Position numbers and translations under genes: made by a program. The notes below the pieces were generated by a model. That model saw nothing but the letters and a program-made list of their open reading frames with translations, did not search any database and was not told the origin of the DNA. Below, one piece after another: positions 11,663-22,942 of a stretch of 26,943 nt of DNA (the stretch's first letter is position 1; each line of letters starts with the position of its first letter). Where the stretch lies: positions 1 through 26,943 of the forward strand of contig NW_021834111.1 in assembly GCF_006345805.1 (NCBI RefSeq), written 5' to 3'. Source of the stretch: Octopus sinensis (lineage: Eukaryota).

Positions 11663-11696
<34 letters not shown>
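11338..11696. repeat. Compound microsatellite (TA)n-(TG)n-(TATG/CATG)n-(TATC)n
   Basis: Directly visible; source of the many spurious MCV/MHA ORFs in the track. Confidence 0.97.
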
Positions 11697-11697
<1 letters not shown>

Positions 11698-11829
11698 TGT
11701 CCACAGACTTTATGGATATATCTTTGCTGATTCAGACCATCACCCTTTTTATTTGGATTCCGGATATAATCTTCAAGGAAATCCTTTCCTTTTTTTTTGT
11801 AGGAATATCTTGGATGGAAATTTATTTTT

Positions 11830-12159
11830 ATTGTACACTGATATGCTCCAGCCAGAGTCCTCATCTTGATCGTTATAATAACACTCTTTCTACCGCAAAA
11901 TCCCATGGCCTTCTTCACCTGACTGCAGCCATGTCCGATAATTTTTCTAGAAACTTCGAATCGAATTCTTTATTTAATCCATGGGCAACGGAATGAAAAC
12001 AATATATTCCCTTGGTTTGAATAAAGTGTTCAGTTTGAAATTCCGAGAACCTACCGAACACATTATGCACCTGAAGAAGGCCGGAAGACACACCGGCCGA
12101 AACATTGTGACCATAACAAAGAGAGTAAGGACATTATTCCAACTATATCAGTGTACAAT
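11830..12159. mobile_element. Penelope-like element remnant: inverted pair of hammerhead-bearing terminal-repeat segments
   Basis: Plus 12071-12159 and minus 11918-11830 share TGAAGAAGGCC and TATCAGTGTACAAT at identical 89-nt span; upstream frame KTIYSLGLNK resembles the GIY-YIG C-terminal T..P.GLN motif. Confidence 0.6.
12063..12116 (+). ncRNA. Minimal type-I hammerhead ribozyme (PLE-type), probably decayed
   Basis: Stem I TTATG-CAC / GTG-(AC)-CATAA; core CTGAAGA+A; stem II GGCCGG/CCGGCC with 8-nt loop; GAAAC; minimal stem III ACAT (ACGT expected) then T17. Confidence 0.72.
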
Positions 12160-12204
12160 GACGATCAGGTTTTGTTTGCAACAAAGCAGATCTTTTTAGC
12201 ATTT

Positions 12205-12542
12205 CATTTACTTATTTTTTACTAGACCACGGCCACGCTGGGGCATTGTCTTGAAGGGTTTAGTCGAACAGATCGGCTCATTTTTTTAAAGCCTGGGACT
12301 TATTTATCAGTGTCTTTTGACCAACTGCTAAGTTACAGAAACGTAAACAAACCAACACCGTTGTCAAGAGGGGGTGAGAGAGAAAGACAAACACAAGCAC
12401 AAAGCGTGCACACGTAGATATATACATATATACACACGCATACACAAACACATATTATATAATACAGGCTACTTTTAGTCTCCGTCAACCAAACCCACTC
12501 ACAAGATTTTGGCCAGCCCGTCGCTATGGTAACTGGGAATCA
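12205..12542 (-). mobile_element. SINE family B, degenerate
   Basis: GGCCACGCTGGGGCA..TAGTCGAAC..GCTAAGTTAC..ACACCG.TTGTCAAG..CCACTCACAAG. Confidence 0.8.
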
Positions 12543-12764
12543 AACTTCTTCCCACTGAATCGAAGCCGTCCGGTTCGGTTTTCGATCTCAGTTTTGGAGC
12601 CATTTGCTGACACTTCGCTCATTAACATCTTCGGGAAACGTATGAATACTGCAACATCCCCAAACTGCTTTCTCGAAGAAAGAAAGTGAAAGCGGAAAGA
12701 AAAAAGGTTCTTGTGATCCTTTTACTTAGAAAACATTATTTCTAGTTGTTGTTCTTGTTGTTGG

Positions 12765-12830
12765 TTCCAGGCTGACCTGGAACTAATAGAGCAGACCTAC
12801 TATCAAAGGCATTAAAGCAGTCACTATCCT
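12765..12830. mobile_element. Fragment of a fourth interspersed repeat (family D)
   Basis: GCTGACCTGG..GAGCAGACCTA..ATCAAAGGCATT; related diverged pieces near 15300-15490 and, in the opposite orientation, 21560-21830. Confidence 0.5.
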
Positions 12831-13314
12831 ATATTTCTTTCTTTCTTCCTTTTCTTTTTTTTATCAAACTTATAGAAATACATTATTGAACGCGTCCTTC
12901 CTTTCTTTTTAAGATGAAGAAAAAAAAATCTGAGGGAGATTTCGTTGCTATCTCTAGTAGCTGGAGCAGCCCCGTAAAGGTTCCATTGTTATCTTGTATA
13001 TCCATTTTGTATATATTATCAATTGACGTGATAGCAGATTCGATGAAAATCAAATTCCATGCATTTAGTATGATTCGATCCCAGGCTACAACGCTTACAT
13101 TTCATGCAAAAAAGGAATTATACTTGTAAAAATAAAAAAAGAAGAAAAAAACGCAAGAAAGGGCACGAAACTCACCCACCGCTCATCTCAGCCTCTCCCC
13201 TCTCTCACCCCCTTCCTTCTCGCTGTAGAAATAATCTTTTGGTACCAGCTGTTCACCAAATTTTATCCCCGTCTCCCACTCTGCCCCGCACATATATCTT
13301 CTTTCTTTCTCTTC

Positions 13315-13394
13315 ACACACACACACACGTATGTATATATGAGTGTATATATATATAATATATGTGTGTGTATGTACGTATATATATGTGTGTT

Positions 13395-13438
<44 letters not shown>

Positions 13439-13524
13439 AATATATATACATATATATGTGTGTGTGTATGTACGTATATATATGTGTGTAGTATAAATAA
13501 ATAAATAAATTAAATATATATATA

Positions 13525-13570
<46 letters not shown>

Positions 13571-13900
13571 GTGTGTGTGTATAGCTTTCACAGAAAATGA
13601 TACCCAATTCGTGTTTTTTTTTAATTGTATGTATTTTTATATGAGTGTATATCTCTTTGTCTGCATATGACTCTGTGTGTGTGTGTGTGTAAGTATGCGT
13701 GTGTGTATTATTCTGTATATTTTTGTGTTTATTTGAATACAAGGCACACATTTACACCAATCTACAAAGGACACATATCCCCACGCATACATACTAACAA
13801 TCACATGTACACACACACACACAAACGCTGTCGCGCGCAAGCACACACACACAAATACACACACACACACACACACAAATACACACACACACACACACGA
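13315..13900. repeat. Compound (CA)n/(TA)n/(TG)n microsatellite region
   Basis: Directly visible. Confidence 0.93.
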
Positions 13901-14555
13901 AACCTGATTAAGTGGGTTTACATACTAAAGCAGATATTAAGAATCTTTTTATTAACTATCTATTCATCGCCTCTGCCTCCATAGTCTCCACCCGACACAC
14001 CCCGAACATCCTAATCACATTCCGTTAGAGAAATACATTTTTGATACAAAAAGAAAAAAAAAAAATGGGGGGAAAAAAAAAAAACAAGAAGAGGAGGAAC
14101 CAGAGTACAGCCGACTTTTTGTAAAAACAAAGACAAGAAACAAAAAACAAAGACAAAAACAATACAAAGACAAAACAAAACGAAAACAAACCCCTCTAAA
14201 TCTAGGTTAAGACGCAACTCTACAAAGAGGGCAGAAGCAGAATCTCATCCTTGTTCGTTGTTTTTCTGCCCTGTTGTGTTCGTGTCTTAACCTGGATATG
14301 CATGTTCTGCGATAAAAGCAAATTCAAAACCGGAATAATGGAATATCGGAATAACGATATTGGACACCAATTTTTCTTTGGTTATAAAATGAGCTGCTTG
14401 CATATTTTAGCCCAGTGGGTTTTTTTTTTCAATCAGGGTCCGTATAACTTTTGGGGGTCCATATAAGGTTTGGTTGTTAAAATTTATCTGCAATAAGTTG
14501 GTTGTAATTCTACAGTACAGAAAATATTTAAAACAAAGTTTCTATACAATTCCTA

Positions 14556-14955
14556 GGCGTAGGAGTGACTGTGTGGTAAGTAGCTTGCTTACGAACCACA
14601 TGGTTCCGGGTTCAGTCCCATATTGCGTGGCACCTTGGGTAAGTGTCTTCTACTATAGCCTCGGGCTGACCAAAGCCTTGTGAGTGGATTTGGTAGACGG
14701 AAACTGAAAGAAGCCCGTCGTATATATGTATATATATGCGTGTTTTTGTGTCTGTGTTTGTCCCCCCAACATCGCTTGACAACCGATGCTGGTGTGTTTA
14801 GGTCCCCATAACTTAGCGTTTCGGCAAAAGAGACCGATAAAATAAGTACTAGGCTTACGAAGAATAAGTCCTGGGGTCGATTTGCTCGACTAAAGGCGGT
14901 GTCCCAGCATGGCCACAGTCAAATGACTGAAACAAGTAAAAGAATAAAAGAGTAA
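14556..14955 (+). mobile_element. SINE family B, full-length
   Basis: A-box-like TGACTGTGTGG, B-box GGTTCAGTCCC, internal TA/TG run, tail GACTGAAACAAGTAAAAGAATAAAAGAGTAA. Confidence 0.93.
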
Positions 14956-15167
14956 TATTTAATCCTAAAAATATAATAGAATTCTTTTTACACATGAAAT
15001 GGCTATGAGGGTCCACCCTAGTAATATAGGAATGAAAGGGATCCAGAGATTAAAAAAAAATAGTTGAGAACCGTTTTATTAATCGAAATTGTGATATTTA
15101 AAACCTTCGCGTTTCCAAAGACTGGTTGGCTTCGCTGTTATGCTTGAATTTTGGGCAAAATAGGAGC

Positions 15168-15300
15168 AAGCGTTGCCGTATGGTTAGGAAGCTTGCTTTG
15201 CAATCACGTATTTTTGGGTTCAGTCCCACTTCATAGTATCAAGAGTAAATGTCTCTCTTACTAGATCCCCGGGCCGACTAATGTCTTGTGAATAAATTTG
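15168..15300 (+). mobile_element. SINE family B 5' part, degenerate
   Basis: GCCGTATGGTTAGGAAGCTTGCTT..GGGTTCAGTCCCACT. Confidence 0.7.
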
Positions 15301-15609
15301 TTGTCGCTGCTTAAGTTTAGGTCAGCTCTAATTGAGATCTATTATGATCAGAAGCATTTTATTCGTGGCCATGTCTTTTTCTATACTAACGACAAAATTA
15401 TCCAGTGAATCCTTGTTAAGAAGGCCGAGGTGTAATTCATGAAATTTGGCTGTTATTTCCAGCATCTTGAACGACTACATAGACTCGCGTAAATTTGTCC
15501 TGAAATGGACAACCATTTTCGAGAAGCGGGACGTATGAGACATGCATCAACATTAGAACCACAATAGAAAAATCCAGAAAATTACTTTTAGACACAACGA
15601 TGAATGATT

Positions 15610-16007
15610 CTTTCCTACTCTAGGCACAAGGCCCGAAATTTTGGGGGAGGGGGACAGTCGATTAGATCGACCCCAGTAAGCAAGTGGTACTTAATTTATC
15701 GACCCCGAAAGGATGAAAGGCAAAGTCGGCTTCGGCAGAATTTGAACTTAGAACGTAAAGACATACGAAATACCTATTTCTTTACTACCCATAAGGGGCC
15801 AAACACAGAGAGGATAAACAAGGACAGACAAACGGATTAAGTCAATTACATCAACTCCAGTGTGTAACTGGTATTTAATTTATCGACCCCGAAAGGATGA
15901 AAGGCAAAGTCGACCTCGGCGGGATTTGAACTCAGAACGTAACGGCAGACGAAATACGGCTACGCATTTCGCCCGGCGTGCTAACGTTTCTGCCAGCTCA
16001 CCGCCTT
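15610..16007 (-). mobile_element. SINE family A, full dimeric copy
   Basis: Reverse complement of 5828-6226; imperfect 14-bp TSD AACGA(TG/AA)AATGATT at 15596-15609 and 16010-16023. Confidence 0.93.
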
Positions 16008-17104
16008 ATAACGAAAAATGATTATTGGAACATTTGGTTCTGTGAAGTCAGGTTTTGAAGAACTCGAATTATTTCATTATTTGTTGTATAATAATATTCC
16101 GACTGCTTGGTACCGTCGCCTTGCGCGGTCAGCTGTTGCCACAAATCGGACGGACAGGATTAAAGCCATAACAGCACTAACTTGTACTTTAGCTCAAAAT
16201 ATATATACGATAGTGTTTATTGCAGATGGCGCCAGACAACCTGTATAATTGAGAACCGTGTTTGTTGACTCGTGTACAGCGATGAACCTCGTAGTCTCCA
16301 CTGGGAGAAATCACATATCGGATAAAAGTGTTGTAAAAGAAACAACAAGATATGGAGAAAAAAGTTCTAAGCTCCAGAAACCTCGTGTGTGCTGTTAATG
16401 TGGAGGAGAGCTATCTTTGCTCGAATCTGTTTCAACTCGTTTGGCTGCCATCTAGTGCGATTCACGTATTGAAAATGGTGGTAACCTAGCACACACGAGG
16501 CACATCTTTGGTGGGCACCTGAGCTGATAAAGAACAACATTAGCAGCTTACACGTTACAAAGAATGTTGTGAGGAGAGATGAATTCCTTTAATGCCATTT
16601 GTATTAGCAAGGTAGATACATTAAAATTTATCTTGATAGAGCTGAGGAAGTTAAATATAGATCATGTACAACGCATAGATAAGCGATAAAAGGAGATAAC
16701 AGGATATAAGGTTTTTAAGTCTATAGAATTGTTCCCAGCAGCTTTTTGATCGTTCATCTGCTTAGGATGCATACATAACTGCTACAAGGTTGCTTCTCTG
16801 GTTGTGATGTAGATGTGTTAAAAGGTTAATATGTTTTTATGATGTATCATAAATGTGCTAAGAGATTATTTCCTTGGCTACTTTAGTCACTGTTGAAAGG
16901 TTATACACATAAGCGGCTGGTTTCTTGTACTTTGTTGTTCTGGTGGATCAAAATTTGTCTCACGTGCTTGCTGAGGACATAGTAAATGATGCGGAGAACT
17001 CAGCCAGTGTAGTGAAAAGAAACAAACGACCTTCGTGTTAAGCTTGTATTTCACATAACTAATTTAGTGTCTTTGAAGAGGATTTGTACAACCTATCAGT
17101 GACT

Positions 17105-17207
17105 GCTTTCCCCACCACCACTATCACCACCACTGCCATCATCATCTACATCACTGCTTCCACCACCACCACCACCACCACTGTCGCCACCGCCACCACC
17201 GCCACCA
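17105..17207. repeat. Imperfect (CAC)n repeat
   Basis: Directly visible. Confidence 0.85.
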
Positions 17208-17354
17208 TGATATTCATATTTTCCTCTGAAAAAATATAATTTCGTGATGACAGCGTTAACCAAACATTAGTAAAAGATTATCGCTTCATCTAAAACTTAC
17301 TCAGTTCCGTGTAGATATCAACCATGGTTTTCTCCATATCTAAACGTAAAGTTG

Positions 17355-17642
17355 TATAGGGGCTGGCCCCAAAGTAGGTTTACAGTTATTCAACTATCTC
17401 TTTCGTATTTATAGAGTTTAGATCTTAATTATAAAAACAAATATGAAACCATTATTCAGCCAGATGGAGCACCTCAACATTATGCTTTGACAATAGGAGA
17501 CTACCTTAACCAAGCCTTTCCACAGCATTGGTTTGGAAGACGGGGCAGCATCGAATGGCCTCCACGGTCACCTGACCAGACACCAATGGATTTCTTTTTG
17601 GGGGGGATTGTTGTAAAGAACAGAGTTTATGAGAAGAATCCC
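17355..17642 (+). mobile_element. Internally deleted Tc1/mariner remnant (TIR-like end plus transposase catalytic fragment)
   Basis: 17454-17642 encodes IQPDGAPQHYALTIGDYLNQAFPQHWFGRRGSIEWPPRSPDQTPMDFFLGGIVVKNRVYEKNP (QDGAP.H and WPPRSPDL.P.DF motifs); 17355-17388 resembles a Tc1-type TIR. Confidence 0.9.
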
Positions 17643-17967
17643 CAAACAGGTTTATTTCAGTTTCCGTCTACCAAATCCACTCACAAGGCTTTGGTCGGCC
17701 CATTTATTTGCTGATCGGAGAAAATTGTCAAACATTTGCAGCCAATCCCTACGGTATCGAACAAAATGCTCTGCATTAGTACGTTCTAAGTTGAAATCAT
17801 ACCACAATTAGTCTTATTACTTCATCTCTTCAGGGGTTGGTAAAATAAAGTACCACTGATCTGAATTAATTGTACATGAAATAACCCTGTGGTCTTATAC
17901 CAACGTGTTTCTTTCTGGGACCAAATAATTTCGCCAGCTTTCCCTATTCTTCAAATATTTAAGCGCA

Positions 17968-18190
17968 GGAAGGCGACGAGGCAGAGACGTTAGCACGCCG
18001 ATCGAAATACCTAGCGGTATTTCGTCTGCCGCTACGTTCTGAGTTCAAATTCCGCCGAGGTCGACTTTGCCTTTCATCCTTTCGGGGTCGATAAATTAAG
18101 TAACAGTTACGCACTGGGGTCGATATAATTGACTTAATTCGTTTGTCTGTCCTCTCTGTGTTTAGCCCCTTGTGAGTAATAAAGAAATAG
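17968..18190 (+). mobile_element. SINE family A, first monomer plus linker
   Basis: Matches 5828-6065 and ends at AAAGAAATAG. Confidence 0.9.
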
Positions 18191-18979
18191 ATATTTTTTC
18201 TCACTAAAACAAGGGACTAAAACAAGTAAAAGAAAAAAAGAAATAAGAAATTGAAAAGAAAATAATTAATAAAGAAGCCTGGAGTTTGTTTACGCACGTG
18301 TCGCGACTTTCCAACAATTACGAAACAACCAATAGAAGCAAGAAAAGCGAGAGTTTGGCTAATGTCGCAGGAGATGAGTTGGAGAGGAAAAACTGCCAAG
18401 AATGAAATACGTTGCAATAAATACGTCGATCTTACCGAAACGTGTTTGACATGCAGGGTGAGGAGGACTCTAATTTGTAGTTGTAAGAAATACAACCAAA
18501 ATACACATACACACACACACACACACACAAAACAAACAAACAAACAAAACTAAACGACAAGCAAAACTCGAAAGAAATTACTGTCTCCTGTTTCACTGCA
18601 TTTCTCATAATTAAGTATAACTTAATACCTAATCAACCATTAGCAGGTTCAAACAAAATGTAACTATATAAGTAGATATCCAGCAACCGGGTTCATAACG
18701 ACGGGCTTAGGTTACACGCTTTACACGAATCTCTAAGTGTTCTTCCTCCCCCACCCACCCACCACCACCTCAAACAAACTACCCCCCCCATTTTCGACTA
18801 CCTCCTACCACCCTCCGTCACACGAATATTAACCTTCGAAACGAAGAACGATGTTTGTAACAGCTTTACTACATAAGACATTCTGTCATTTACTATGGCG
18901 CTTGTTTGTTAAGGCTCGGTTGTGCCTCCAACAATGCATGTCATAATTCTACGTTACTCAACCCCCCTCTGGCTTTTGT

Positions 18980-19300
18980 CATTTACTTGTTTCAGTCACT
19001 GGACTGCGGCCATGTTGGGGCACCATCTCAAAGGGTTTAAGTCGAACGAATCCCCCCTCAGTACTCATTCTCTCGGTTTTCTTTTGACGAATCGCCATGT
19101 TACGGTGGCATAAACGAAGAAACACCGGTTGTCAAGCGGTGATAGACGAAGCTACACACGCGTACATATACACGATGAGATTCCACACAGTTTCCGTCTA
19201 GGCTATAGTAGAAGACGTTTGTGCAGGTGCAACGCAGTGGGATTGAACCTGGAATCACGTGGTTGGGAAGCAAGCTTCTAACCACACAGCCACGACCGCG
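18980..19300 (-). mobile_element. SINE family B
   Basis: TACTTGTTTCAGTCACTGGACTGCGGCCATG...GGGATTGAACC..TGGTTGGGAAGCAAGC..CCACACAGCCAC. Confidence 0.85.
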
Positions 19301-19486
19301 CCTATATCTGTTTTTATGTCCATTTATAATTAAAAGAATTTTACATTTATCTGATGGCTCACTCTAAACTTTTGTAAAGAACAAATTTATTATCTCAGAA
19401 AAGAAGGTTGTTAACAGTGACTTCAGAATTTCGCCCAGCTAAGCCATTGTCGGCGACACACATACACACACACACAAACACACACA

Positions 19487-19522
<36 letters not shown>

Positions 19523-20629
19523 CACACACACAGGTATGGCATAATTTTTTCCAGAGTCTTTCGTTCCAAAGTCTTTCCGGACTATCGATTTTTCCGGACT
19601 AGGGTTGGTCACATTGGTCAACATTGGTCGAAATTAAGTAAATATTAAATTTACTTAAATAATTTGATGAAATACAAGCACGAGTACATTAGTATAAATG
19701 ATACTAGTTTATTAACACTGTATTGTGCAAAGTACTAGTCTGGACAAGGTACCAGTAAACTTGTTTGGCGTCTGCGAGAACTTGAGGTTCCTGCTCGTAA
19801 TAGTGCGGATTATAAGAGATTCCGTACCATCAGTATCCAGAAAATCAGTGTCCAGAAGACCTGTACGTATGTAACTGCAACGACAAGCAGACCAACGCTA
19901 TAGGAATGAAGACCTTCTCGATATTGGTTCTGCCCCGAGTTACAGACCCTCCTATGTCATTTTCGTCGGTGGAAAATAAAAGTGACTGACTCGTTGCATT
20001 CTTGTAACTAACGACACCCTTGTTAAAAAAAAAAAAAAAAACCGAGAAAACCGAGAAAAACTAAATATGTAAGAAATTGATATTTAGTAGGAAGTGACGT
20101 CAGATAGATTGGAATTTAAGAGAGATGTTTTTATAAGGAAGAAATGGTTGCATGAAATCATCTCTTCTTGAATTACGGAAATAAGGAAATTACGCGAAGA
20201 GGTACTGACTCGTGTGTTGACTGGGAGAAGAAGCGAATTTGTGAGCAACAACGAATACTGGCAGGGATGTGGAGTTAAAAGAATTCGTCTCGTAACTACG
20301 TGGTTCTGGCCTCGGTCTTGGACAGGTGTATACTATCATATTCTCAGATCAATACTCCACGAATGGAATTCAATTGATAGAAACTGTACAGAAGCTTCTC
20401 TTTGTGTGTGTGCATGCATGTGTGTGTGTGTGTGTATGTGTTTGTGTGTACATATACATATATACGTATATACATGTATATATAAAAATATAGGTTATGA
20501 GAGATAATGGTGTCAAAAACACCCAAAGGTGTCAGGTAATGCTGAGTAAGTGCTATGGACAGAATATAGTTAAGCTCCTGGTTGGGTGATTATGCGAATG
20601 AAGAGTCCAACGTAGGCCATATATTAGCA

Positions 20630-20670
<41 letters not shown>

Positions 20671-20860
20671 TAAAAAAGGGAAGGTCTAGACCTTCTCTTT
20701 ATAAATGTTCTGAAACCTTTCACAGCCTTGGATTTTTATCTCATTCTGTTAATTTTTTATATATAAAAATATATTTATATATATACACACACATGTACTG
20801 TGTGTGTGTGTGCGTGTGTGTGTGAGTGTGTGTGTGTGTCCTCACAAATTCACTGAGACC

Positions 20861-21094
20861 AGATTGATGGAAGATTTCAACACAAAGTTCGGAAAAAGGT
20901 GGCAGGGCAAGAACTATTTTGGAAAGTTTGAATTTGGAGAAAGAAATGAAAAGGGAAAATGCTTAATCTCCATGGCAGAGGTGAAAAGACTTTACATCGG
21001 GAACAACCTGTTCAGGAAAAGATCTGGTAAGAGATAAACCCGGAGAACCCTAAAGGCTCAGCACCGAAATGAAATCGACTAAATCTGTGTAAAC
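20861..21094 (+). mobile_element. LINE AP-endonuclease fragment (RTE-like), pseudogenised
   Basis: LMEDFNTKFGK..YFGKFEFGERNEKGKCLISMAEVKRLYIGNNLFRKRSGKR*T..HRNEID*ICVN matches the APE pattern MGDFNAK..G..G.GERNE.G..L..N..F.K....WT...NEIDY; two in-frame stops. Confidence 0.88.
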
Positions 21095-21139
21095 CTGTAG
21101 AAACCGAACAGAAGGTTCTCAAAGGAAGTGCTTCCATAT

Positions 21140-21352
21140 ATACTCTTTTATCCTTTTACTTGTTTCAGTCAATTGACTGCGGCCATGCTGGAGCACCGCC
21201 TTTAGTCGAGCAAATCGACCCAGGACTTATTCTTTGTAAGCCTAGTACTTATTCTATCGGTCTCTTTTGCCGAACCGCTAAGTGACGGGGACGTAAACAC
21301 ACCAGCATCGGTTGTCAAGCGATGCTGGGGGGACAAACGCAGTCACACAAAC
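21140..21352 (-). mobile_element. SINE family B 3' half (5'-truncated, low divergence)
   Basis: Near-exact reverse complement of 14750-14955. Confidence 0.92.
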
Positions 21353-21847
21353 ACAGAGATTAGGGTATGATTTGATGAAAGGCACTGCGTAAATCATTAT
21401 ATCTTTCGTCTTTCTCACAGCAAAGAAATATCTAAAAGGGCTTGTGAGTCCGCCTTTATGGTCTCAGAGGACAAAATGGAAAAGGGAACCGAGAACGCCA
21501 GAGGTCGCCACTGCGATGAAATTTTTAATTTCTACAAAACTAGAAAGACGTTAGACTCTCAACCTGATCACTCGACTTGCAAGAAATAGCAACTAAATCT
21601 CCATCAAATCTTTATGTGGTTACTCTATCTGCTAGATATAGAAGTCAAATCTCCTCAAGATAACAAAAGAACCCTTTATGGGATAGTTCGATCCTCTAGC
21701 AACAGAAGTCTACTCGTCTACAATACCCAACCGTCTTAAAAAAAGAGGGCATGCTGAACAATGTCAGTGTAAATAAGAGGGAATGATCACGTTTGGAACG
21801 CCTTTGTTCATGGGTCGGCTTGACCAAGGATTGCATGAAAATAATCA

Positions 21848-21925
21848 ACAGCAACCACCACCACCTCCACCACCACCACCACCTCCACCACCACCACCGA
21901 ACCACCGTCACTACCATCACCGCCA
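21848..21925. repeat. (CAC)n repeat
   Basis: Directly visible; produces the spurious poly-His and poly-Trp ORFs. Confidence 0.9.
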
Positions 21926-22491
21926 TAACAAAACAGCAGCCGCCGTACCAGCAACAGAATGAGAACCGAAAGAAAAATACCTTAAAGATGACGGATGACA
22001 GAGACAGCTGCGTGAAGTATGTTTTCTTCATATTGAACCGATCGTTGCTATCGCCAGACTCAATAATGGTGATGACTCTGAGCATAATATTTGTAGCATA
22101 CGACAGCCATTATTATTAGTTCCATAGAAATACCAGAGGAACATAAATAAAATGAAAACAACAGCTGCATTGAAAGAGGAGCTTAGATTGTGTGTATGAG
22201 TCTGGTTACATCTTTATGGGAATACGATGAGGTGTGCTTAACTTTTTGATTATAAGATTTACTCAGAGAAAGGAAGACAGCATCCATGAACATTTTCAAG
22301 GTGTCTGAGCCTCTTAAAGGACCTAACCTGAAGGCATTGAGACTGAATGGACTCCGATAATGGTACACAAGCGTCAGGGAGAGGTAATGGTGCTGAACCC
22401 TGCGACGGATTAACTCTTCTAACCAAGAATCAGATCAGACTCTCAGACAAGCTTCTGAACGGTTTCCGTCCGAGCAGTTTTCGTCTCACGT

Positions 22492-22720
22492 GGAGGCACG
22501 TGGCTTAGTGGTTAGTGTGTTGTACTAATAATCCTAAGATAGTGGTTTCGATTCCTGGACCTGGCAATGTGTTGTGTTCTTGAGTAAAACACTTCAATTC
22601 ACATTGTTCCACTCAGCTGGCGAAAATGAGGGATCCTGCGACGGACTGGTGTCCCGTCCAGCGGGGGAGGGGAATATATACATCGCAGAATTCTATGGCT
22701 CGGTAAGAACTTTTGACCCT
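22492..22720 (+). mobile_element. SINE family C
   Basis: A-box GTGGCTTAGTGG, B-box GGTTTCGATTCC, TGTTCTTGAGTAAAACAC, CCTGCGACGGACTGGTGTCCCGTCCAG central segment. Confidence 0.8.
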
Positions 22721-22942
22721 TTTTTAAAATTCACAACACTTCTGTCAAACTCAGGCACTCATCCAAGGCGCTATGCACCAGGATTGAACATGAAGCCATG
22801 TAGTTTCCAAACGAACCGCTTAACGACACAGCCATGCATGTGTGCGGGTATATTCATAGATCTGGATATTGGTGCTTGTTTATTGCGGGTGTCTATGGCA
22901 TTTGTATGATTGGATTCTTTCAACAGTGTTTTCACAGTATAT

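Noticed and set aside
11944-11958. Three-unit heat-shock element TTCnnGAAnnTTC
   Set aside because: Only nine fixed bases; a chance hit in 27 kb of AT-rich DNA is plausible and there is no promoter context.
11303-11996. Long ORFs (up to 198 aa) on both strands
   Set aside because: Translations of TATG/CATG/TG microsatellites, which lack stops in several frames.
12530-12710. Minus-strand pyrimidine tract and open frame FGDVAVFIRFPKMLMSEV...
   Set aside because: No canonical donor before the frame runs into a SINE, and no homology recognised.
14556-14640. tRNA genes at SINE heads
   Set aside because: A/B boxes are present but they continue into SINE bodies without a complete cloverleaf.
19634-19658. 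10-bp-arm AT-rich hairpin TTAAGTAAAT/ATTTACTTAA
   Set aside because: Low complexity and expected by chance.
21696-22119. Poly-His and poly-Trp ORFs
   Set aside because: Derived from a (CAC)n repeat plus repeat-family fragments.
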